64,000 bases of DNA from Chrysomallon squamiferum (lineage: Eukaryota > Animalia > Mollusca): NCBI GenBank assembly GCA_012295275.1, contig CM022671.1:25854001-25918000 (forward strand), written 5' to 3'. Under the pieces are notes generated by a model that was not told the DNA's origin, did no database searches, and saw only the letters and a list, made by a program, of their open reading frames with translations. Positions 33,695 to 45,742 of this stretch are shown one piece after another (the stretch's first letter is position 1; each line of letters opens with the position of its first letter). Both the position numbers and the translations under genes were made by a program.

Positions 33695-33949
33695 AATATA
33701 TCTTTTCTCTTGGCCTGAATGAAATAGTAGCAAAATACCCAGTTTAAAAGTACTAACATTTGGTATCGGCCTACAGGTGATAAATTATTATGTTTCTATA
33801 GCCTAAGCTTTTATTAATAACTCCTTTGATCTAAAAAACTGCAGGTACAAACTGATTCTCACCTTTTTATCGTTTATACCGAGGTACGTTTTACCATTTA
33901 AGGAATAGCACTATATTCAGGTGTGCATATTCTGTTGTTGACGCACAGT

Positions 33950-34030
33950 TAGACATGTTGACCTGGTTTGGTACGGTGGCGCATGCGTGAACTACATATG
34001 ACACACGAAAGCTAGAAATGTTCAGGTGTG
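33950..34030 (-). promoter_or_regulatory. Probable promoter of the CD225 gene
   Basis: CpG-richer patch with NRF1-like GCGCATGCGT at 33979-33988, just upstream of a putative UTR exon ending at 33863. Confidence 0.4.
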
Positions 34031-34160
34031 TCGACTGTCGTTGTTATTTAAATATATTATAACAAGTTAATCTGATGAGGGAAATAAAATATTTTATGTT
34101 TGTGTGTGCGTATATTTGTGGGGTTTTTTTTATTGTTGTTGTTGTTGTTGTTATTATTAC

Positions 34161-34205
<45 letters not shown>

Positions 34206-37200
34206 TACTACTACTACTACTTCTACTACTGCTACTATTAGTACTATTTTTAGAATTTGATATTATTATTATTACTGTTACTACTACTATAGTTACTACT
34301 ACTAGTACTACTACTACAACAACAACTACTAATAGTTGTACTACTATTATTTTTAGGATTTTGTTTTATCTTTGTTTTTGATAAAACATATGTATTTATT
34401 ATTTATATTTGTATCCGGTATAAATAAGACATCTGTATAAATAAAAGCGAATGTGTGTGTGTGTGCGTGTGTGCGCGTGTGTGCGCGTGTGTTCGAAAGA
34501 AATACTGACGAAGAATCTTAAACGGCGGATAATTTGAACACAGGAATGGATTTTGATTGGAATTAGGATGCCGGTGATGACAGCTATGTTGACAACATCA
34601 GTATAGGTGTCCATCACCATGACCACGCCTCTAACCAGCTTCCACGAGTTGCATAATTTATGTTAATTTAATAACGCAAGGTGTTCAGTTAATTGACGTC
34701 ACGTTATACGAAATGTATAATAGTTGTAGGCTGTGCGCGTCTTAATATATTTTTTCTATAATGATAATCATTTCGTTGGACCGAAAAATGTAAATACGAA
34801 AAAGAGTAGTCTATTTTTGTTTTATCCTCTCACACCCTCAGTTAACTGGAAGTGAATATTATTATTATAGTTAAGTATTTAAAATTTACTGATATAAATG
34901 CTTCTCTAATGCTCAGCTTCAAGTTGCCTGTTCTCAGTGAAAAACTTAGTGCTGTGCACCTTTCTACCATACAACGGTCTCAAATTGATTGTAATAGTCA
35001 TATTTTATAGGTTTTATTGTTTACTCATTAATATACCTTTTTGTTGTATGTTTTTGTTTGGTTTGCTGGGTTTTTTGTTTTATTTTTTGTTTTATTATTA
35101 TTATTATTATTATTTATTAACATTATTATTGTAAACTCTTAGTTACTTGGTCCTTGGATCCAAGTAGCCCTGAGAAGGAGCAAGCTTTGAAGTCCCTGAT
35201 GTTATTTGGCATAGGTTTTGAAAACTGATTTTTATTTTTTATTTATTTATTTATTTGATTTACACTTATTTATTTGTTCATTTTTCTTATATAAGATTTG
35301 ATCCTTATTTCATCGGAACCTTTGTAATTTATTTATTCTAAAGAGGATAACATCAACTTAACAATATAATTAGCAACATTTCAAGTCCAAGACAAAAGTG
35401 ATATGGGTTATCAATGGTACTTATGATTATTATGTTTTTCATTTGTAAGAATATTACATTTTCTTGATAGTAGTTCTTATTTTATTGGGTGGACTGTAGT
35501 TTGTTGTATGAATTAGGGCTGGTATTGCTGGATCAATCATCACCACAACATCTATTTGGCTATTTCCTAATCCAGACAGAGCCTCTGTATTGATTTATCA
35601 AATCCGTAGTATGTGCTTTCTCAAATATGGGAAAGTGTCTATTAAAGATGTTTACAACAGTAGCATTTGTGCTGTTCACCTGTTTTCCTCATTCACCTCT
35701 ATGGTCCTTAAGAGTTTGTATGATGGCATGTAATTGGAGGTTAAAATATACAGAGTGCGTCTTAAAACATAACACTTCTTCCTTCATTAATAAATTCTTG
35801 ATTAATTATGTTGAAAATACTTTGACATGAATTAGAGACTTAAAAAAAATAAATAAATAATAATAACAAAGAAAAACCCAAAGAAAAAAAACACCAAAAA
35901 CCCCCTCAAAAAGCAACAAAATTAAATAAATAAAGAAGTGCCTTCTTCAGTACAATTCAGTATACCTATTATTTCTGTTGGTTATTAATTTTACTACTTT
36001 TATATTTATTCTACTGACTACTACATGCATGCATGTTCTTTTTATAGTGTTTCCTGACCTGCTGTCAGGCTTTTTGAAAATTGCTCAGTTGAAACACAAG
36101 GCCTTTTAATATGCTGTTGTTGAAATTTTTGTAACCTCATATGAAAAGCTGTTCAATGCAAACAACCTGACCCAAATACCATAATTGTTGCCTATTGTTT
36201 GTGTGCGTGTACACACTCAGACATGTATATAGATACAAACTTCATGCACAAGTGAATATTTAATTGCTGGTTTGTTTCCTCTTGCTCAACTGGTTGTTTT
36301 ATTGAATTTTTCCTTTCCAAGATGTATGAATATCAGAATTATTAAATATTTGATATCCAGTAGTCACTAACTTTAAATTAAACAATTAACTTTTAATAAT
36401 GCAGCTACTTCAGTAACGTTCATCTGATAAGAGATAACTATATATTAATCTGGAAAATATTCAACAATGCAACAATTTATTTGTTGTCAAAATCTGTTAG
36501 CTGTTAAGATAAAAAAATATTTCTAGGGAGAAGAAAAATAAAAAAATAAAAAAAATAAAAGGCAGTATCAGTTTTCTCATTTTAGAATAATTTTGATGAA
36601 GCAAAATATATTCCTAATAATCTTCATTTCCCATAAAGGTAATGTTTTTACAAGTCAATTTTTCTTTTAACTACTGCTGAAAATGCCAAAATCTAATTTT
36701 AAAAATGGCTAATTTCTTTTTGGTCGCAAAAGCTGTTCTGACATAAAAATACGATGGAATGTTTTCAACTGATGTACTACAAATTTCAAATTATCACATT
36801 TAATACCCACTGATCCAAATACAAGAATACTAATATTAAAATGTGTTGATATGTCATTAAACAGACATAAAGGTTATATTTAGTTACAAACTGCTGGTAT
36901 GGCATTATTTCAAAACATGACTCTTACTTTTTCCAATTTCTGTGGTTTATCATCAGTATAAGTTTGTTTTTTTAAATTTCAGTAGACACTGTTACTGACA
37001 TTTCAAAGATCAATTAATTCCCAAACAGGCAGTATTTTATATCAAATATATTTGTCAAAACTTTCTAGCAAATTTCAGCTTCTTATAATACATCATTTTA
37101 TTTATGAACATTTATATATATATTTTTTTATTTTATTTTGTCAAAAGTTAACACATCAAGAAACCTATCAGTAAGCTACAATGCTTAATGTAATTAGGAT

Positions 37201-39451
37201 GGAAAATTTCCATTTACTGAAGAGTAACTATTCTGAGTGAATAAAGTGGCAGACCAACACATTTTAAAAATGGTATGAAAATTGTTTATTGTACATTAAA
37301 ACAAATGGCAGTGTTAGACAAGACAGAATGACGACATCAACTAAACATGCTGTTGATGCACGCTATTTAAAAACACACACCATGCAGATCCCGCTGACTT
37401 GTAAAAATATTTACTTTGGACGCAATCAGCAATGCCCTAATCTAATACTGATTTTGATTTTTTTTTTTTAAATTGTTTTAAAACCTTTCCAAAATATAAT
37501 TCATTTCCTTCTCAAGAGTAACTACATCTGTTTTAAAAATATATGTATTTTTATCAAAACAGATGGTTTTAATTAAAAATGTTCACTAAGAGGAAAAGAC
37601 ATTTCAATAAGATTTATATTATTTTTTGAAAAGATTTACAAAAAGAAAACTGTTATCTCAAAATGACTTGATTAAAACTATATTAAAACAAAATTAGAAA
37701 TAAAATGAAAATAAAATTAAATGGATGAATGATGGACAGTCTAACCATGGTTTACTACGTTATTATACAAGCTGCTTCCGATGAAAAAAACTGAAACTAT
37801 CCCAAATCACACAATCCAAATAATCATCTGCTTCCCTACTGCTCAGAACTAAAAATTTCAATAACAAATCATTAATTATTAAACATTCAATTTTATTTCA
37901 CTGATATTTACAGTGTAAAAATTTCCATCAAAATTTCTTTCAACTGATTTGCATGTATTGTGTAAGTATTTTTAAAATAATCTCTTCTGCATGCTTGAAA
38001 ATTTTCACTGCATCCTGATAGGCAAATATTGAAAGCAAAAAATCTATTCCAATAATTCTCAGAAAAGCATTAAAGGTTTAGTTCTGTCATGTCATAAATC
38101 ACTGTTCATATTGCTGAATACATTCAAAATGTTCAACGAAACCAACACTTATTAAAATTACAAGAATAAAATATTTTTGAAAAGAGTTTTATGAGGATAT
38201 GTAAAGGGTACCTGAAACATGAAATTATTTTTATGTGAAACTTGACAAAGATGTGCAATATTTATTCTACTACTAAGAAAACTACTAAGTAATTATGAAA
38301 AATGGCTATAGAGATTCATGTTAATTTTATTTTTTTCATAATAAATGCAGAAAACTTTAAATTGTATCCTAATTATTTTATAAAATACAGAAAACACCTT
38401 TGAACCACACATTTACAATTAAAAACAATAAAACAGGTAAAGTACCAAAGATAGCTATGAACTACAAATTCATCATCAAAAAATACTTGTTTACAAATCT
38501 AGTAAAAGAATATCAGTGTCAAGAGTTAGTACTATAAAAAGATATATAAGCTGTTAAACAAAATAAAATATTCTGAACATTCTTTTTTGGTCTGCAATCA
38601 GTATTTCATCAGAACAAATTCCACTTACTGTTTAATGAATTTATACATTTTAGAATTTCATTCATTTTTGTGCTAAAATAAAAACCACTGGCTACATTTT
38701 TCAAAGTAACAGTTTAATCTCGGTTATCAGGTACATTCAAGTTAAAGCCATAACATGTACTATTTTTTTTACATGCTTTAAAATATAATTACATTTTATT
38801 TGCTTTTTTAAAAATTATTATTATTTTTTAAATGTTTTATTTAATTCTCAATGTTTCATTTAATCTTGAGATTTTTTTTTTAAATTCCACAGCTTTTACA
38901 TCTTTATATATAATACCACTAATGACAAAGATAAACGTAATTTACATTATCTGTTGTCCATAAAGATGAGTATGAAAATGCATTTTAATCATACTGTACA
39001 TGTTTACAAATAATTAAAAAGTAATCTTGAATATGTTCTCAATCTTCATGCATGATGAGATACTGATAAGAGCAATGCTTAGTAACCATGATAACGTAGC
39101 CTGAACATGAAAGGTCATGAAAGGTGATGACGTGATGGATTGTGTGAGGTCAGAATGGTCCCAATGGAATATACTGAAATCAAACAAAATATTATTAAAT
39201 AATCTCTTCAGTAGTAATATTTTTGAAAAACATTTATTGGTTCTGCATTTCTCTAATAAAGGTTTAAAATATGGAACGAATCATTTTTATTAATTTTCTT
39301 ATACATATAAATTAGTTGTAAAATGAAGAAAAAGAAAAAACACAACACAAAACAGATAAATTTTTGTTGTTGTTAATGTTCATACTGTGCAATAAATTAA
39401 ATATAAAAAAAAGTGGATTATCAGAAATAAAAAGATTGAAAAATACTTACT

Positions 39452-42400
39452 TTATTCGGCTTTTTTTGACTGCAAAATAAAAGCAAATATAATATTAAAC
39501 ATTTTATCAGTATTTTTTACCCAATGAAACAAATGGTTTCCAAAACAGTATATAATAAATACTAAGCATATATATATACATATATATTAACATTTTAAAC
39601 ACAAGAAATAAGATCAGTTCAATTAACAAGATTTCAGGAAGGAAAACATAATAAAAGGGCAAATAAACCTGTCAGTCTACTTAATATTAAACATCTAACA
39701 TTATTTAATTTAGAAATTATTCAGGAAAATACCTTTGGAGGTCTTCCTCGTCCTTTAGCCTTTCCCTTACTAGGCGGAGAGGTTTTCTTCACTTCTTGCT
39801 AAAAAAAATAAAATATATTAGCAAAATAAATTATTACGTGTGCATAACTGTGTATAAAAAAATCAGAATTTCACTTTTGATAAAAAAAATATATTTGATG
39901 CTGACGTAATTATATTTCTCTAAATGAGAGAAAACATTCTTTTTAACTTTCTGTTCATTAATAACTACCCTTATTCAAAAAGCCATAATATATTTTTAAC
40001 TGCAGTAATCAAAAATGAATAAAAACATTCAAGTTAGTTGCATATGCTACATTTATATAAAGCTAATACAATATGACCAGTGATATCTTTGGTCACCGGC
40101 AAATAAACAATTTTTATATTCGTATGCACAGACAAACTGATGATGAAAGCTCAGAAGTTTGCAATAGGTTCATTACTGCTGTTATTGATGATATAGCAAA
40201 TACTCATTCCAAAGTATATCTGGATAGGAAAAACAACAACTGGATTATGGTTCTTCTTGTGAAACTGTTTTCAATGTTTTATTAGCATTTCAAATTGAAT
40301 TTCTGGTTAAATTAGATATTGGTACATTCTACACACCAACCCATTTGTGCATATTCACTTACTAAACCCTCAGTTCATTTTAGAGACTTTCATTATGAGC
40401 ATTAAATTTACACTTAAAAATACACAACTAGCAATGAAAATAAAATTCAACTTGAGCCTGAGACTAGAATATTGTCTGTGGTTTTAAGTCTATTTAACAA
40501 TGTGTTAATGTCTATCTTTTTTGTATGTTATCATAATGGTGATCAGTAAACTAATCATAAATAAAAAGGAGAATGAGAAATTTATAGATCTGACAAATGC
40601 ATACTTCAGTACAATTGTGACTGGATTTAGTTATCACTGATGGAATCAAATTCAGTGTTTCTACATTGACTCTTGCACACACTTGTGCACATATTTTATT
40701 ATTTTTTTTTTAGTCCATCCTTTACCCTAACTAATAATAAAAGGAAAACTCTGCTTTGCTGGTATATCTACAGGTAAGAGAGATTTTTTAAAGAATAATT
40801 AAAACCTGTAATTTTCATTTTTGTTCAGTTTACTGTTTTATGTGCAAATGTTATTTTTGAAAATTAATCTAACAACAGTTAATCATAATAGTTATAAATA
40901 CCTCAGATTTCTTTGGTCTGCCTCTTGGCTTTCCACTGCTGGGTGGCTGAAGATAAAAACAAACTGCAATTCTTCGAAAATATTTTTTTAAATTCATTTT
41001 ATATTTATTAATTGCAGTATGGTGTATTTTTTTTTTTTATTGCTATAATTAACAGATAGACCCTGGTTAAATACAATTAATCATTAATACATTTAAAATC
41101 ATGTTTCTAAAAGTTTATTGGTGTTAATCATAATCTTACAGCATTAATTTGTAAAGTAATCTCCAAACACATTTGGGTATGCAGCAGTTAGTGATGTTTC
41201 TTTGTGTATCTGATGTTTGATAAAAATTGTAGAAATTGTATCATCCTTCTGGAAGTATATTTATAATCTTTGTTTTGCTTATGAGGAAGTATGCAATATT
41301 AACTGAAGCAGGCTTTCCTTTTGAAACCTATTTCTATAACGAAATTTAAAATCCAGTAATTACTGAAAAATGAGTTTTGAATAAATCTTTATTTTAAATG
41401 AATAATTTTTTAAACAGTGATAAACTGCATCTCAATCACAGTGACTCTTTAAAACAGAAAACAAAAATTATGGACTGTGGATTATATACAAATCAAAAAC
41501 ATAAGATTATGAATGCTGTTGGACATAATGTAAAATTTATATTTTAATTTGTGAATCCTTTCTTCACTTTAATGGCATGAAAATTATCAAGTATCCTTCA
41601 TCTGTTGAAACAGTCAAATACAAATTAAAATAATGAAACAAAATTTATTTCTTCTTTTGGAATACCTGATTCTCCGTTTAAAATTATTTTAGGTCAAAAA
41701 CAAATTTAATGACTTTATTTTCTGTCACTAAAGCTCTAGCAATACAAAATATGTTAATAGACAACTAATTGAATATTAAACTTTTACTTGTTTTCAAAAT
41801 ATTTCCGACTACATGTGTGCATTTTTAATTTGTTTTATATTGTATTTACTGTTACTCATGGTTTATTTCTTACATAAATGTCAATATTTAAAAGCAGACC
41901 TTAGTTTTCTTTTCTGAGTCTGGCTTCTTAGGTCTGCCCCTCCCTCTTTTGGCAGGAGATGCACTTGTTTTCTTGTCTTCTTGTGCCGAAGCCTGAAATA
42001 TATCATATATATGAAGCAGAAAGAGTAACAGTGTGTCTGTTTACAGGCCTTGTAATTTATCCATTTGATCTTTCATTCCCCCAACACACCCAGTGATACT
42101 GTAATGATTCCCAGTTAATAAGAGGATTGTATAGCTTTCCTACCATCCACTTTGCCTGGCACTTCACTGAATTGAAACATGAATATACATATTCATTTTT
42201 TGTACAGCCAATTACATTATTTATATCTACAAGTGGAAAATAATAATAATAATAATAATCACACACATTTCAAATGAAGATATAAATCATGTAACTGGTT
42301 GCATAAAATTTAATTTTTAAAAAAAATGCAGTTTATATGTTAAAGATGTACAATAAAACCATTTATATAAAAACATTATCCAAGCCAATACAACTGTAAT

Positions 42401-42489
42401 AGTGAATAATGTTGAGATTATCAAGTGAAGAACTATCTTCAAAAATGATTTAAAAATGTTACCGGCTCTTCTTGTGCTGTCCTCTTCAT
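39452..42489 (-). CDS. HMGA: HMGA-like AT-hook protein, ~82 aa, three AT-hooks
   Basis: Exons (minus) 42489-42463 MKRTAQEEP; 41992-41900 ASAQEDKKTSASPAKRGRGRPKKPDSEKKTK; 40946-40902 PPSSGKPRGRPKKSE; 39798-39733 QEVKKTSPPSKGKAKGRGRPPK; 39469-39452 SKKAE*. All are phase-0 GT-AG junctions, with one RGRP hook per exon as in vertebrate HMGA genes. A UTR exon probably ends at 44028 (donor GTAAG), and a 3'UTR exon starts at 39173. Confidence 0.85.
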
Positions 42490-44159
42490 TCTCTTTTTAA
42501 AGGATGATTTGGAAACCTAAAAATAATTCTTTAAAAAGAAAGGAAGTCATTAATGATTAAGAAGCCTGGTCTATGAAGATAACATTAAAATAATCACATT
42601 TGTTTATTTTCATATCAGCTGGATGTACAAAAACTGAGATATTTGCTGAGATATAGATCTTCTTTACTTCAGCTTAGTTGTATTGTAAGATAAAAAAAAC
42701 TGTAGATAAACTGAAAACTTAGAGGATTTGAAGCATTACTACTGCAAAACATATAAATGCCTTGATAATCTAAGCTGGAGTGTCAGGCAAAGACAGAAAC
42801 TAAATGGCATTATATTTATTTGAATTAGTTTCATTTAATGAAAATGACTGCACCCAAGTCAGAAACTGCAAAGATATAAAATATTTTTGGTTATAATAGC
42901 AGATTCATGTGACCAACAGAATCAGCAACTTTGTTTCTTGTCATCAGCAAGTTAATTATTAACCAAGTAGCTAAATATGTTAAACTAATGGACTTGGCTT
43001 TTTAAAATATGCAATGGGAAATAGCAATCTCCAATATATCTCTTTAATATCATGATATAAAAAATAATCAAGGCCACTTGTTTTTCTTCTATAGGCATGT
43101 GTGAACAAATTAAACTTAGTTTATTCTTCTGAATTATTAACAAATAAACAACAAAATATTATCCAATTCTAAAGTTTTACAACTGCTATTACAAGTATTA
43201 GCTAAAGGGATGTTAACATATGTTTCTATATTTTAATAAAGATCAGCCCAACTCTAACAAAAAAAGTGTATTTCTTAATTATTTTTATTTGCATTTAATT
43301 TGTATTACTATTTGAATTGTTGAAACCTAATAGTTTATATATCTATGCCACTGGCAATGTATTTATCAGATAATTTGACACCAAACAAATTCAGATGGTC
43401 CCCCCCACACACATCCTAAGTCCTTCACAGTATTGAACTGTATAATGATTTATATTATTAATTATTTTATGTATGTACACTACACGGCAGTCCAATATTG
43501 TATATCATTATATGCATAACATGATAAATTTGCAAAATATATTCTGCAGAATTAACTGAAATTAACATCTCAGAATAGTATGCTGAATTTTTAGACAACA
43601 GCTTACAAATATAGGTTATTTGTGTTTATTTTGTCAATAATTGATTCACTTTGAATATTTTCAAGTTGGTTTTTTTTTTGGTTTTTAAATCAATGTACAA
43701 TTTTTTTTTTTTAAATCAATGCACTAAAAAAATACAGAATAATTTTCATTACGCTTTAGTAACAAGCCTGAATTCAAACAGAATTCTGGAAACAAAGAAA
43801 TTACTCTTAGCAATAATGCATAAATAAAAATTTCAAAGCATTTTTATTTTGCAGTTAATTTTCTCAAACACTCCAATTGTATTGTTCTTGTGTGCTAGCT
43901 ACATCAATGTTCTGAGTCAAGTAAAGATAGTATGATTTTTTTTACAAATTATTGTAGATGCATATATGTTTAAAAGTTACAATACCATTTAAATATTATT
44001 AATATTTTGCTATTTTTAATGACTTACAATCAGCGCGGCAAAGCTTCTTTTGCGGTCTCTGGCGTTTTGGAGTACTACACTGGTTTCTAATTTTGTAACG
44101 CACCAGACTGCTCAATTACAGGCTGCAAAAATTTGTTGAAATGTTTACCAGTCAATGTT

Positions 44160-44300
44160 GCGCTTTCCCTTTGTGTCACCGGGCGGGAAAGCATAAAAAA
44201 GACGCGAATAAAGGCTCGACCCGTTTATTTGAATCTGAGCGAAGGGCGGATATTTAGAGAGAATAAATAGAAACGAGCGCCAAAAGTGATGTGCCGAAAA
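44160..44300 (-). promoter_or_regulatory. Cell-cycle-type promoter of the HMGA-like gene (E2F sites, GC box, CHR-like)
   Basis: GGCGGGAAA 44182-44190, TTTGAA 44228-44233, GGGCGG 44244-44249 and GCGCCAAAA 44277-44285, all within a CpG-rich patch next to the putative first exon. Confidence 0.55.
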
Positions 44301-45081
44301 CGGCTCTTATTAAATTATCATTATTATTATTAACGTTAAGTACTTGAATAAATAGAGTTTTAGTAAATATTTTTTCCATCTTCTTTCAACTTTATGATAG
44401 TTTTCTTATTAAAACAGAAAAACGGTGACCAGAAGATTGAAAAATAAATGTAATCCATAATGAAAATATTTTACAAATACGGAAATAGTCATCGAAATTA
44501 ACATTAAAGCGGAAATATTTCCCAGCAATTTTATGTTATTTTAAATATATTTATTTATTTATTTATTTCTTGTTTGTTTGTTTAGAGCTTAAACTGATTA
44601 ACGTTTATTATTGTTCTTTTCAAAGTACTGTTTAATATTAAATTACAGTTGAGATCAACATACTACGTATACAGTTTTGACAAATCAAATGATCTTTTTC
44701 ACCTCATATTTTATTGCAGTACAATTTACCGCTGACATAATGAATTTATGGAAGAGCTACTCATAATTGTTAAAGTTTAAGAAGTTATAGACCTTTAAAG
44801 GATAAATGCTATCATTGTAACATGGTCATTTTGGGATGCTTGTATTCATGAAATAAATTAAAATATGTGTAAGGTAAAGAATACTTATGAACAGACTTCA
44901 CAATCAGCGATTTAGTTTAATTTATGATTTATTATTTCGCTTGGCAATAATTATTTATTTATTTATTTACTTATGTCATTTATTATTATTATTTTTTTAA
45001 TTATTATTATTTACTTGAAAAATAAATAAAATATTGCGTTTTTAATCGGTCAGATGCATATTTACTTTGATAAATTACTTA

Positions 45082-45115
<34 letters not shown>

Positions 45116-45742
45116 TCTCTCTAGTGTTATATAATTTTTCCCCAGTAATAAAAATTTAAAAAAAATAAATAACAATAAGAAAAGAGATGACTAATTTTCT
45201 ATAAATGAGCGACAGTTAAAAAAATCAGCATTAATTAGATGTTTTGGTTTCTGAACAAACATTAACGCTTAAAACTGAATAGCTGTAAGGATATGCTTTT
45301 AATATCTTTCTATGTAATTCATGAAGAATTAGTAAAAGCAAAATTGGATGTATAATTCAGCATATACGTTTAAAAATTATTTTTAAAATCAACGTAGAAT
45401 AGAAACAAAATTTTAAAAATTTAAAGCCTACACAAATGATTTCGTCACGGTCGAAGTCGTCGTACATTTTATCATCATGTATCATTCATTGTATGTGCAG
45501 CTAGAAAGGATTGATCCTATGTAAAATTATCAATTATTATCATTCGGTGCATGGTGCATATTGTTTATATTTTTATGCTGCATACTTTTATTCTGTGTTC
45601 TGACTTTTAGTTATATAATATGACTCGACCAAGAAAGCTTTAACCATCACAGAATTGACATTTGCTTTATTAGATTATGTTGTTGCTTACTACTGTGGCA
45701 CCACATGCGGAAATTGGAGAAATTAAAGAAAGAAATATTGTA

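Noticed and set aside
35142-35168. Short hairpin/palindrome GTTACTTGG...CTTGGATCCAAGTAGC
   Set aside because: Too short and isolated to call an ncRNA; no box motifs or Pol III signals recognised.
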